Shown here one piece after another: positions 40,649-53,690 of a stretch of 64,000 bases of DNA (position 1 is the stretch's first letter; the number at the start of each line of letters is the position of its first letter). Location of the stretch: the NCBI RefSeq assembly GCF_009914755.1, contig NC_060925.1; one strand, given 5' to 3'. Position numbers and translations under genes: made by a program. Below the pieces are notes generated by a model. It saw only the letters and a list, made by a program, of their open reading frames with translations, ran no database searches and had not been told where the DNA came from. The stretch is from the human T2T-CHM13v2.0 reference genome, Homo sapiens.

Positions 40649-40796
40649 TGGTTGGGTTAGTGCTCACATCCATGACCAGCTTCTAGCTCAAAAGAAACAC
40701 TGTTGGTCTGTTATTTTTCCTAAGACTTTGGACTAGCCAGACTCTATAAGAATATAGAGTTCATATATATGGAGAATATAAATAAAAGAATGATGA

Positions 40797-41225
40797 GTGT
40801 ATGAATTTCAGCTGCAAGAAATAGAAGACCCAACTAAAAGTGCCTTAAATAATAAAGAAATTTTATTATGTCACATATTAAGAATTCTTTTATAGAGGTA
40901 GGGTGGTATGGGGTTCGTTATTCAGAAGCTCATGAATTTCACCAAAAACCTGGGCTGTTTCTATCTTTATTTTCTGCTATCCTCAGTGTGTCTGTTAGTC
41001 TCCCCAGACTTGCCAAACGGCTACAGCAACTTCAGGTAAGCTTCATATAGGATTGTTCAAAGATTGTCTGAAAAGATATCTCTCCCTTTTGTCTGAAGAC
41101 TATGGAAATGTCTTCCTAGAAGATGTTGCCTCATGTTCAGTGATCACAATTGCATCTCTTGTCCATTCACAGAAGTTGGGAGTGGAAAGGCTGTTAAGGA
41201 TAGGTAACTGACAGTATCTGTTACA
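40797..41225 (-). mobile_element. Old MLT1 (MLT1L/N-like) LTR
   Basis: ttcagctgcaagaaatagaagacccaactaaaagtgccttaaa...tttctgctatcctcagtgtg...cagtatctgttaca. Confidence 0.7.
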
Positions 41226-42059
41226 CGGAGGATGAGAAGTAGGTGTCGGAAGTAGCATTGAAAAGGTTAATCGATCAACAAATAATTACTGTACAGTATC
41301 TATTACAGAGAACAATTCTATGAATATGTGAGAAAATTAAAAAATGAAGATGGCAATATGCAGTTGAGAAAAATAAATGATAATTTTTATGAAAAAGCAA
41401 AAATACCAGCAGGGACATAAAATTAAGTAAAATAAGAAAAATTTACAGAATTTTAAAACAATATTATCTTATTAGTTATGTATAGTGAATGTCATTATTC
41501 TAGGCATATCTCCCCTTTATCTTTAATTACATTTCCCTCAAGGGAAATAACACTCATTTTATTTTCAGTATTAGCATACCACATGGCTTAGAATTTTTTT
41601 TTTTCTGGTTGTTACCTGGACACTAACATTTTAAAAATAAACGAGAACCCTAGAAAAGTTAAATTATCTGCATTACACAATTTAAATTCAAGAGGAAAAT
41701 CATAATGATAAACTAAGCACTTAGCATGCATATATAATATTGTGCTTAGATTCTCAGGCTTACTGACAAATGATCAGTATATAAACACTTACACAAACAA
41801 GGAAGTAAATTACACTTTTGTTCAAAGCCATCACAGAAGCCATAAAATTCCTCCCTGTGCATTTTTGAACTTGAAAATATTGATGATTTATATATACCAT
41901 GTATTAAATCAAAATAGTCATCAAGAGAGTGACCAGTAAATATTTAATGGATTTATGAACATTAGACCTATTATTTTTAACTTGTTTCCATTATAGTTAA
42001 AAGGAATATTGAAAAAAAATTCACAGTGGTGTTTTCTGCTGAAGACATCATGTTTTTAA

Positions 42060-42250
42060 AGGCTCTGAACTCATAAAAATTTTAAAGCTAATAGCAACCT
42101 TATAAATTATTTCATCCTGCCTCCTAATTTTACTAATGAGATCCAGGTAGATAGAGGCTGACAGACTTTTTTTTCAGGTCATTTAGTTGGTTAGGTGCTT
42201 GCTAGGACTGGCTTCCCCTCTTTGCAGCCTGCATTTGGACCTTTTTCACA
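42060..42250 (-). mobile_element. MIR fragment
   Basis: cctcctaattttactaatgagatccagg...caggtcatttagttggttagg. Confidence 0.45.
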
Positions 42251-42862
42251 GGATTTTTCTATTTTCTTCTCTAATGTTTTATTGTTCTTGATTTTTTCTC
42301 TTTCACTGTTAGACAAATAACATATATTAATATTTTACTTAAATTTAAACAACTTCTTGTAGAAATATAACCACGGAGAGATGAATTTTTTTTCAAGTCA
42401 GTTGTACTCTAATACCTGTGAAGAGCATTTCCTTCATAGCTGGGAACTCTAAATACCAGTGCTGTTTCTCACAAACACCCCTTCCTCAGTGTTATCCAAA
42501 AGAATATTTAATAACATAAAAGAATAAGTACCATAATTATATTACTGAAAAGAAAATCAAAGTGTTTCAAAGTCCCTTTCCCAAAGCTACGTATAGTCCC
42601 TGCAGGAAGATTGGTCTGAATAAGGACTTTACCTTCCAATCCTTGTCCCTGCACTAAAATCTACCACTTTTCTTTCCTTCAAAGTAAAATGCCCACAAGG
42701 GGACATGGCCCAGTATTATTTTCTGAATACATCTCTGGGTCTATATTGCTTAAGTCATCTGCTTTATATAAGCACATCCTTTAGGCAGTTTCCACTTTGT
42801 CTCGTTACTGTTCATGTCCATTTCCTATGCTGGTAAAATCAGCTAGCTATTTCCCATTCAGA

Positions 42863-43155
42863 GATTCATTCCTTCGACAACTATTTGTTGAACACCTCTT
42901 GTATTCCTGGCATCCTAATAAGCTCTGGGGATATTTTGGTGAGCAAGAAAGACACAATTTCTTTCCTTACAGAGTATTTAGTTCAACAGGGAAGGTAGGC
43001 AATTAGATAACTAAGCTCAACGTGCTATTTGCTCTGAACCAGAAATTATGGAGTATGATGAGAGCACATAACAGTGACACCTAATACAACTTCCAGAGGA
43101 AGTTACTTTTAAATTGGATACTGAAGGCTGAGTAGGGAGTTCACAGGCAAAACAG
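42863..43155 (-). mobile_element. L2 3' region
   Basis: attcattccttcgacaactatttgttgaacacctc...ctggggatatt...cttccagaggaagttac...tgaaggctgagtaggg. Confidence 0.75.
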
Positions 43156-43354
43156 GCCAATTTCATTTTCACAATTTTGTTTTGAACTTCTTTATTTTTC
43201 AATAAAATCATTCCTAAAATAACGTTTTAAAATCTAGAAGCTTCTCATTTGGAAACTCTGTTAAGTCTTTTGCACCAGGATTTTGCTGCCATATCTCGAT
43301 TTCTGCATTTCCTTGAACTGAATCTTAATATCTGAATTCAATTTCTGCTGTGGC

Positions 43355-43840
<486 letters not shown>

Positions 43841-44319
43841 GCCATCATTGAATGTATATACAGAATGTAACTAAAATCGTCTCCCCCAATTTTGTTCTAA
43901 TTGTCTCAAAATGGAGTATATTTGCCCTTTCATGGGAAAGCTATCTGTGGCTGTCCAGATGCCAAAAACTCACCTTGATTATTTTCCCATTACATTACCC
44001 TAAGGCAGTATGTTGGTATACAAGCATTTCTTGGGACTAAAATGACACATGCCTAGGGCAATCACCGGTTATTGTAGCCCTCTTACTTGGGAGAATTAGG
44101 AATTAGAAAGGTCAGTGTTAGAAATTCCTGTTTCGCCTACCTGGAGTTGTATATTTTTATCTAGGAAAATAAAATCACAGTTACTGTAAGTAACAAGCCT
44201 CCGACCAACTCAGAAAATTGGGGCAGAGTTTATCAAAGTACCCTAGAGTTTTTGACCCAAGATCCAATGTTTTACCAACTAAATCATTCTGATGCCAAAG
44301 TATATTGTATAAAACCATT

Positions 44320-44747
44320 ACTTTAGTTAGGATAAGAGTAGCCTGCTATGAAAATGACATCCATTGATAATTCAGTGGCTTAAGGAAGATTCAACATTAT
44401 AGTGTTTTAAGTTGGGGAAAGTCCTTGCTCTACATAGGTTTTAAGTGATCAAGGTTCCTCTCATTGGTGCTCCTCCTTTCTCTAGGACATTCTAATTCTC
44501 TGAATTGTAAGTCAGTTTGCTATAGATTCCAGGTAGTGGAGAGGGGAAGAAGAGCATAGAGAAAGCCCAAGAAATCCATGCATGATTGCCATTCATACTC
44601 TAGAAGTGAAAACCTAGTCTTGTGGTCACACATAATTGACATAGAAGCTCAGAAATGTATTCCCTGACTGGGTGGGTGCATGACCAGTTCCAATTGTGGA
44701 AAAAGGGAAGAAACAGATAGTGGTGTAAAACTAGCAGTCTCCATAAC
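44320..44747 (-). mobile_element. Old MLT1 (MLT1I/J-like) LTR
   Basis: tagttaggataag...cagtggcttaa...aacctagtcttgtggtcacac...agaaatgtattccctgactgggtgg...ctagcagtctc. Confidence 0.65.
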
Positions 44748-44809
44748 TGTACTTTAGAGATGCAAACTGAATCGTAATCTTTTAGCCATAGAAGGATTAT
44801 TGGCCCTGC

Positions 44810-44835
44810 GGGGGGCGGCCGGGGGGGAGGGTGGG
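44810..44835 (+). other. G-quadruplex motif with GC box
   Basis: GGGGGG-CGGCC-GGGGGGG-A-GGG-T-GGG fits G3+N1-7 x4 and contains GGGGCGG. Confidence 0.7.
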
Positions 44836-44984
44836 TACGGCTTGTATTTTTTTATGAGCATAAAAATTAATTCATTTAATAAAAAATGGGACATATTCCC
44901 TTTTGGAAAACAGTTCTGTGCCATTTATCTATTGCTGCTTAACAAATCACCTCAAATCTTAGTGACTTAAAACAGGGATCAGCA

Positions 44985-45263
44985 GGCCGGGCGCGGTGGC
45001 TCACGCCTGTAATCCCAGCACTTTGGGAGGCCGAGGTAGGCGGATCACGAGGTCAGGAGATCAAGACCATCCTGGCTAACACAGTGAAACCCCGTCTCTA
45101 CTAAAAATACAGAAAAATTAGCCGGGCGTGGTGGCTGGCGCCTGTAGTTCCAGCTACTCAGGAAGCTGGGGCAGGACAATGGCGTGAACCTGGGAGGCGG
45201 AGCTTGCAGTGAGCGGAGATCGGGCCACTGCGCTCCAGCCTGGACTTCGTCTTAAAATAACAA
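44985..45263 (+). mobile_element. AluY SINE with a small 3' deletion
   Basis: ggatcacgaggtcaggagatcaagaccatcctggctaacac, aatggcgtgaacc, ggagcttgcagtgagc; lacks ~12 nt (gcgacagagcga) before the tail. Confidence 0.95.
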
Positions 45264-45770
45264 ATAAATCATGCTGCTATAAAGACACATGCACACGTAT
45301 GTTTATTGCGGCATTATTCACAATAGCAAAGACTTGGAACCAACCCAAATGTCCAACAACGATAGACTGGATTAAGAAAATGTGGCACATATACACCATG
45401 GAATACTATGCAGCCATAAAAAATGATGAGTTCATGTCCTTTGTAGGGACATGGATGAAATTGGAAATCATCATTCTCAGTAAACTATCGCAAGAACAAA
45501 AAACCAAACACCGCATATTCTCACTCATAGGTGGGAATTGAACAATGAGATCACATGGACACAGGAAGGGGAACATCACACTCTGGGGACTGTTGTGGGG
45601 TGGGGGGAGGGGGGAGGGATAGCACTGGGAGATATATCTAATGCTAGATGACGAGTTAGTGGGTGCAGCGCACCAGCATGGCACATGTATACATATGTAA
45701 CTAACCTGCACAATGTGCACATGTACCCTAAAACTTAAAGTATAATAAAAAATAAAAATAAACAAACAAA
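45264..45770 (+). mobile_element. 5'-truncated L1PA2 (ORF2 C-terminus plus 3' UTR)
   Basis: Encodes [30 protein letters not shown]...HRIFSLIGGN* (L1 ORF2p end, stop at 45541); GAG at 45653-45655 and A at 45738 rather than the L1HS ACA/ACG and G. Confidence 0.92.
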
Positions 45771-46980
45771 AAAACAACAAAAAAACCCAACCAACCAACC
45801 AAACAAGCAAACAAAAAACAGGAATCAGCAAACATATTCTGTAAAGGGGAAGAAGTAAATATTTTGGGCTTTCCAGGCCATATGGTCTCTGCTGTAACTA
45901 TTCAACTCTGCCACTGTAGTGTGAAAACAACCTTAGACAATACACAATATCATGTAGTGGACTGGATTTGGTCCATGGGCTGCCAATCCGCAGTTCCAAA
46001 CAAAATTTTTATTTTATTTTTGCTCATGAGTCTGTGGGTGATAAATTGGTACTCCATTTAGCAAACAGGTCATACAGGGCTGAATGGTCTACAGTGACCT
46101 TGCTCATATGTCTGGTGTTTGGTCCAGGGAGCCTCAGCTGGTATGGTTCATCTCCGCCCAATGTGGTCTCTCCTCCCAGCAGCTAGCTCAAGCTTTTTCA
46201 CATGGCACTCTCAGGGCAGCAAGGACAGCAAGCCCTAATGTGCACGTGCTTGTCAAACCTCTGCTCTCATCAGGTTTGCTAGTGTCATATTGGCCAAAGC
46301 AAGTCAGCTGGCAAAGCCAGATTGAAGGGGGAGAGAAATAAAGTTTAGCTCTTGATGAGAGGAACAGCAAAGTCATATTGCAAAGATGTGTGCATACAGG
46401 GATAGGAGAAATTATTTCAATTTTCTTTGTAAACAATCTACCATAAAGTCTTTGAAGTAATAAAGGACTTACATTTCAATTCAACTTCAGTAGTTTTTTT
46501 TTCTCTACTAGAAAATTACTTAGATCCTTAAAATATTTTTAATGATAACATGATCTTTACAATTTATAAGCTATATCAGAAAATGCATATGTATGATATT
46601 TTAAAATATTACAAATAATTAAATTCCAAGGCCAGAAATGAAAAAAGGATCTTAAGAGTAATTCATATTGAAGACTACCTGGATGAGAGTTTTTAAGTAG
46701 GCAACTAAGCAGGGTTATCTCTAGACTGTTTAATCTTTCCTTAAATTTATTTCCTGCAGTGTCTACCTTTAAAGTTTCAAGTTACACATACCGTCTGTCA
46801 TCATGATAGACACAGTGGCCTCTGGCTCAGAATTTTCTATGAGAGCTTTCTGAACAGTGGGGCGTATAGCTAGCATCAGTACTCATGTTAACTTATCAAG
46901 AAGTTTTGAAGAACTGAAGCCATGAATTTAATCTAATTCAGGGGAGTGGGTTAAAACTTCAAGAAGTGCCCTTGAGCTTC

Positions 46981-46984
<4 letters not shown>

Positions 46985-47040
<56 letters not shown>

Positions 47041-47048
47041 GAGAGAGA
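46985..47048. repeat. Compound microsatellite (TG)21(TA)7(GA)4
   Basis: Read directly from the sequence. Confidence 0.98.
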
Positions 47049-47324
47049 AGCTTATATATATCACTGTAGGAAACAGTTTTTTTCTAAACTAATCATACAG
47101 AAGGAATTTACTATTCAAGTATTAGTAACTGTTTATCTTCTTCACAAAAATCTAATAATATTTAGGAGAAACCATTTCATCTATAAAATCAGTAAAGTCA
47201 TTTTTACAAGTCCTCCTCTCCTGGAATTTTGATGAACTATTTGAAACGCTTTCTAGGATGTTAGAAATGTGAAACTGTTCTATGTTCTATATACAATAGG
47301 CTGAATTAAAATACTACAGTGTTA

Positions 47325-47775
47325 CCATTATTGAAGTTTACTATGTACCAGGAATCATGTAAAATATATCATCCTATGAAGGGTTTTCAGAGTCTTACGT
47401 GAACCTGTCGTATTTAATTTTACTTTTCAGATGAAAAAAAAATCCCTTTAGGTTCATAAAGGTTAGGAAACTTGCCCAAAGTCCAGTGGTGTTCTGGTAA
47501 GCTGGTACATAGGGAATAAAACCATGATTGTCTGATTTAGTGTGCCAATTTTAGAGGTGTAAATAATCTCATCTTGGCTGATTTCAAACTACCAATTATG
47601 TCACTGAGCACAATGTTGGGAAGAGATGCACACAATCAGCTATCATAAACCAGTAGGAGGTGGCTCTGACACATGACTGCCAAGATCACAGATATAATAG
47701 GAAGTAGGAGAGCCAGGATTTGAGCTACCAGTTGTCTACAAAGCCCATCCTCTAAATCATCATACAGTGATGGCT
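47325..47775 (-). mobile_element. MIR split by MER63A
   Basis: ccattattgaagtttactatgtaccagg...aggttaggaaacttgcccaaagtc|ccaagatcacag...gagccaggatttga. Confidence 0.75.
47484..47679 (-). mobile_element. MER63A hAT-Blackjack element
   Basis: cagtggtgttctggtaa...ggctgatttcaaactaccaa...ttgggaagagatgcacacaatc...acatgactg; 8-bp TSD ccaaagtc/ccaagatc. Confidence 0.8.
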
Positions 47776-50700
47776 TCCTAACATAATAAACTAGTCACCT
47801 GACAAATCATAAAAAATTATGAATGTCAATAACATTTTTAATTTCAGAAACACAGATATCTTTTACACTATTTTGGAAATTAATACAGGAAATGGTTTTT
47901 CAGAATTATACAAGTTATATGTTAGACGTCAAGGAAAAGTTTTATGCTTCTTTCATTCCATTATCCTCTTTTTTTCCTTAAGCTTTCACAATTTCTTTGT
48001 GTTATTTCTTATTTGCATTTTATTGCCACATTTCATCTTAAAATTCTTATGTTTGGCCCCCGACAAATTTCTTTGCTGTTTTAGACTGTTTGCTGCTGCT
48101 GTTTCCTTTCTTTTTTCTTTTTCATCACATATTTATTTTTTTCTTACCTTATGGCACAACTTTCACATTTTGACTTGTTGGTTCTTCAGCATTCTGGTTT
48201 GAGCAAGTAAGAAGATGGATAGGAAGTCTTATTACTAAAATAAGGTGGGCTCACATTTTAAAAATTATTTACCCACTCTGTATCAGAGATTTTTCATCTA
48301 TAAATGGGGATGACATAATACTTACCTTGTGCTATATAAGTTGTTGATCAACTAAAATAAAACAAAACAATAGACTATACAAGAAACACATATGGAAGCC
48401 CTGAGATAGGGATGATACCTTGAGAATGCATAAGATCCAAAATTATTTGATGCAGATACAAAAAAACATTTGATGATTGATAGGGACTCATTTTAACAAT
48501 TTGGAAACAATTGAACTTTTCAAACTGATAGCATTTTTTTCACAACATAAATAAAATTGTACTTGGGTACTTTCTTCATTTAACCGATTTTACACCAAGA
48601 ATTTTTATCCTTTGTTAAAATAATAAAGGTACTCAAAAATACCATTTAACATTATCATGGATTGAAAGAATGATAAATGAGAAAATCTATTTTTCCCAAA
48701 TTATCTTACATGTGTTAAGCTTTAAAAAATAAGAAAAACAATTTTGCAAATTGGTATGAATTTCTATCTGATTGGTTGAGGGGAAATTTATGAAAGCATA
48801 CCTGTGATGACAGATCAATGCATGGCTACACTACACCAGAGCAAGCACAAACTTTAAAAACTCATCGGAATTTTCATAATTTCTTCAAATGTTTGAATTG
48901 AAGTGAGTAGATACCCAGCAAATTTTTCTCATATGCTTCTGTGAAAATATAAAGGTATAAATTAAATTGGTTTTTCTTTTTATAAAATGAGTTTCATTGT
49001 ATATTTTTCTTCCAATGTAAAGACAGAATATATCCTGTGAAATAGCTAGTTGATAATGGATTGTTATCATGGTCAATAAGTTAAAAAAAAACTTACCTGT
49101 TGTCTGATGTGTCATTTTTATAAATCCATGGCAAAATCGAGTGGCATCTTGATTTTCTGTTGAAATTACTACTTTTATTATGTACATTATGTAGCATATC
49201 CTAGAGTTTTGAAGAGTTGTACAAAATGGTGAGTAAGAATTTTTTTTTTCTGAATGCATTTTCAAGTACCTCTAGGCAAATAAAAAATAATGGATAGGAA
49301 ATAGAGACAATTTAGAAGACTGAGGTTCAAATAAATTAAAACCAGCAATAGAAGCAATATGGAACTCTGAATCAGGAAATACAGCCAGCAGTGAATTCGA
49401 ATTAAATAGTGGTTAGTTATAATTAAACTTCAAACAAAATTTGTAAGTCATGTATAAGGCCACTGAATGGAACATATAACAAAGTTTGGATTTTGTGTAT
49501 TTTTATTTACTTTTTCTTCCTCAGCTCCTACCCTGACATTGGTGTTGTTCTATGAGAAGCCATTTTGTATGACAAACAGAAGATAGTTTAAGACTATAGT
49601 AATGTTAGGGGCTAGAAAGGAATCTTGGGGAGAAAAAAATCATTAACTCAAAATTTAACCAATATCCTTCTAAAAGATGGAAAGTGATGATGATGGCATA
49701 ATTGCTGTCTCAGCCTAAAGAAAACAAAACTATTGAACAAAATACCTCTGTTCTTTCCAAAGCCAAATGATTTTATTGACTATTCCAATGGCTTTACTTG
49801 TTAATTTCATCGCTCAGCAGACAGAAAGTGCACCTTGGAAATAACATTATCATATTGGCTTTTTTCCTTTACAATTAAAGAATTTAAATTTTTCTTCTGC
49901 ATATCACATTACACTAGACATACGTATTATTTCTCTTCTAATTTTGTTGTTACTATAAGGTGTGAGCCTCACTTATTAATACATGGTAATTGACAGCTTC
50001 TTTTCTTTATTCAAGGAAAGAATGGGGATGATCAGTTTTTGCATAAAACTTTAGACTGTAGTAAAGTCTGTTTCTCTCAAAATTCTGGGTTACATTTTAT
50101 TGACCTGTAAAGCACATGACATTTTAGGAGCTTGTAGTAATTTATTTTATCTGTAGGAAAATGTATCACTGATGAATATTAAATCTAAACATATTCTAGT
50201 TTAAACAGATGGTGAAACAGAAGTAGTGAGAAAGCTAAATAAATAATAAATAAATTAAAGAGAAGTCAGGATTAGTCACAAAGTGAAAATGAAAGCTCTA
50301 ATAATGACAAGGTTGTGAACAAAACATTTAAAGAAAATGCAAGACGCATAGCTTGGATATCTAAATTCTATTTCTTCATAATTTTCTTGGCTTCATTTTA
50401 TTATGAAATTATCAAATTTAGCTCAATGAATATAAAACATGCTGAACTTATGAGAAGTGCTACCAAGATTATCTTGCAACATAAACATCAGTTTTGTGGA
50501 TCCTTAATATAACCTCTATATTGTCAAGATGTTATATTTAATAGTTCTAATCCTTCAATGAAGACTACTATAATTCCCCAAAGTTAACTTTATTTGGTTA
50601 TATAAACAAGCCATTTCAATATTACACCATGCTTTTTATTTTAAGCATTTTATTTTTATATTAATTTTAATTTCCAGAAAACAGTTGATAATGTTTAAAT

Positions 50701-51899
50701 TGATCATTTTTAGGGAATGCATGGTTTGTCATAAGCAACATAAATAAACACATTAATTGCCTTGTCATACTTTTATCTGACAGATGGGTCCCCAGGCATA
50801 GAGCCTAACCTTTTATTTTGACACCTGCCACATTTTGCCAGCCCTGACCCTTTTTTCTTTGCCAGAATGTCACTGTGTTCACCATGGTTGCACTAATCTC
50901 CAGCTTTTGAAAGGCTTAATATTGGAACCCTTCTGAGAATCACTGCTATCAATCAGCTGATACTACAACATAAAGATTTCACAGATCTATCCAACATCCC
51001 TTCTCTCCTGTGATTCAAGCACATTTTCTCTTATTTCTATGACCTACTGGCTCAGTAAGATTACATGGAGCTTGTTTTAATCTAAAGCCGCATATTGTTA
51101 ACATCTGACACAAACCATTTAATTTAGCAGTAATTTAAAATTTAGAATTTACTGAAGAATAAAAAAAGAAGCTATGATTTCATTTTTGTACTAAGAGAAA
51201 CTTTTAAACTGTGAAGCAAATATGCTATTTTAATATAGCTAAGGAGTTAAAATCTATCTGAACATTTTCCTTTTTAAAAAAAAAGAAGCATCAAGCAATA
51301 AAACATGTTTTGAAAATCACTGTGCACTCAATTTCATACCTACACCTTTGATTTCTGGGGTGATTCCAGAAGCCATTAATATATGATGTGTGTCTGGGTT
51401 AGTGCAACTAAAAGCACATGTCTGGCCCATTAAAGAGTAGGGGTTGGTTCTAAAAAGCTCTGCAAATCGGAGAACATACAGCGGGCAGATGAATTGTGGG
51501 AGCTCATCCATTATTGAGATAATTTGGTATAAATTTTAAGATATTTCCTCCTTGAGCAAAATCAGACTATAATTAACTATGAAAAATGTTGTAATTATTC
51601 TTTTTTTGTGACTAAGTTAAAAACAAAGAAACTGAAAAGTAGGTATGTAGGAGACAGATTTTAGTAGCAAACAGAAGATAGTTCCACCAGATCAACACAG
51701 TTTGGTTTACAATCTCATTGCTGAGATGTGGATGCCAATAACTTGTCTTTCAAATATGGCTTCTATTGGTTCTGAAATAAGCTTGTTTGGCATAATAAGA
51801 AAAGCCTGGGACTATGTCCTGGTTAAGCTAAGCTTCTTGAATAATTCAGAGACATATTTGTGCCAGCTAGGATATAGATGTACATTGTAAGAAGTGTAG

Positions 51900-52307
<408 letters not shown>

Positions 52308-52613
52308 CAGCAGTTCTTTAATCTTTAGTCATCTACTATTAATATGACTCAGCTGCATTGCACATATTCCTCTATCTGCCCTGCCCCAATCCAGCTTTCA
52401 CGGATTACTCAAAGTTTCTGCTCGTTCACATTTTAACCATGTCCCAAACCTTGGAATTTCATAGAAAATTTTTTTCTTCGCATATTATATCTAAGTCTAG
52501 AGACAAAAATACTGATGAGCCCAGCTCATCTTTTGCAGCCTGGCCACACAGTTCAAAAATTGCTGGCCAATCTATTTTTTGGCCCCACTCCATTCAGCTG
52601 TAAATTTAAAGAG

Positions 52614-52646
52614 TTAGTGTTTGGGTTGGGTTAGCGTTAGGGTTAG
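52614..52646 (+). repeat. Degenerate TTAGGG-like array
   Basis: ttagtg tttggg ttggg ttagcg ttaggg ttag. Confidence 0.6.
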
Positions 52647-52929
52647 ATCCTGTGTGAGTAAACATAGCAATTTAGATGGCAGATGTTCTGGATGAGGATG
52701 ATTCTTTTAGAAGGGATATGTCATGATTGACACAAGCAACACTGAAAGTGTGATCCAGAGACTGGAGCTGTTCCATGTGCTATTTGTTATCCAACCAAAA
52801 CAATAAGTACATTGAAATTAACAATTTAGGAATTCTTCGTCTTATTTTTTTATTTTTCTAGTAGTTCAATTATATTACTAAAAAATAATGGTTAGCAGCA
52901 TATTGGGGGTGGGTGGGGAGTTGGTCTTT

Positions 52930-53180
52930 CAGTGCAGATACTCTGAGAGAAACTGGATTAGAAGACTCCTAGACTCTAATTATGGCACCTCCTTAGCCAA
53001 TTAATAATGATCAAATCTTTATCATCAAATTATAATTCTCTGAACACCAGTTTCCTCCTAAATAAACAAGGACTATCATGGCAGTCACTCACCTTTCCAA
53101 GTTATCAGTCATGAGAAGACACAGGAGAATGAATTTTGAAAAGCTGCAAGAGGCTAATCAGAATTAAGTTATAATAGTTT
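52930..53180 (+). mobile_element. MIR
   Basis: ctggattagaagactcctagactctaa...ttctctgaacaccagtttcctcctaaataaa. Confidence 0.55.
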
Positions 53181-53344
53181 CTTTATAAATACAAGCATAC
53201 ATATATATCCATATACACGTCACATGGGAGAATTAATATCAATACTCAACATTATCATAATAAATATATTTATTTTAAATCTTATCACTTTCCCATATAA
53301 AATGTAAGATGTGGGCAGTGTGGGTTTTATTGCTTGTTTCTGTT

Positions 53345-53690
53345 GTATTTACTAGTTTTTACAGAAGGCAATTAGAGAGCAAATTGATAAAGATGAACTT
53401 AGCACTCTGTTCTCAAAAAGTTTACAGTTAAATCACTGCATACAAAAGTTAAATAAAAATATTAAGCAGCATAACTCTAAGAACTATTGAGAATGAACAT
53501 ATTTAATAAATTAATGATACAAATATTAAAGACCAAAGATATCCAGAGGAAGGAGAGAGGATTCAATGCTACTGTGGCCAGAGAAGCATAGGCAGGATTT
53601 ATACAATGTTTTGAAGAATGGATAAGATTTAGAAAGATGGAAAGGATGAATGGGGTTATTCTGGGTAGAACAAAATTTTCAAGCAAAAGT
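53345..53690 (-). mobile_element. Degenerate L2
   Basis: aaagatgaacttagcactctgttctcaaaaagtttacagt...cagaggaaggagag...ttttgaagaatggataagattt. Confidence 0.55.

Larger units (their letters stand above)
44973..45993 (+). mobile_element. MER58A DNA transposon split near its 5' end
   Basis: cagggatcagca|aacatattctgtaaagggg...taaatattttgggctttccaggccatatggtctctg...caactctgccactgtagtgtgaaa. Confidence 0.8.
44917..46445 (-). mobile_element. MLT1H-like LTR interrupted by MER58A/AluY/L1PA2
   Basis: tatctattgctgcttaacaaatcacctcaaatcttagtgacttaaaac...resumes tgctcatgagtctgtggg...ttggccaaagcaagtca...ctcttgatgagaggaacagcaaagtcatattgc. Confidence 0.8.

Noticed and set aside
41207-41307. Similar ~19-mers actg(t)acagtatct(g/a)ttaca 80 bp apart
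   Set aside because: Short and imperfect; cannot be separated from chance
45209-45541. 110-aa ORF with real protein similarity
   Set aside because: It is the C-terminal remnant of L1 ORF2p fused to Alu sequence, with a GTG start and no promoter evidence; not a host gene
45597-45618. G-quadruplex motif
   Set aside because: Standard G-rich tract of the L1PA 3' UTR
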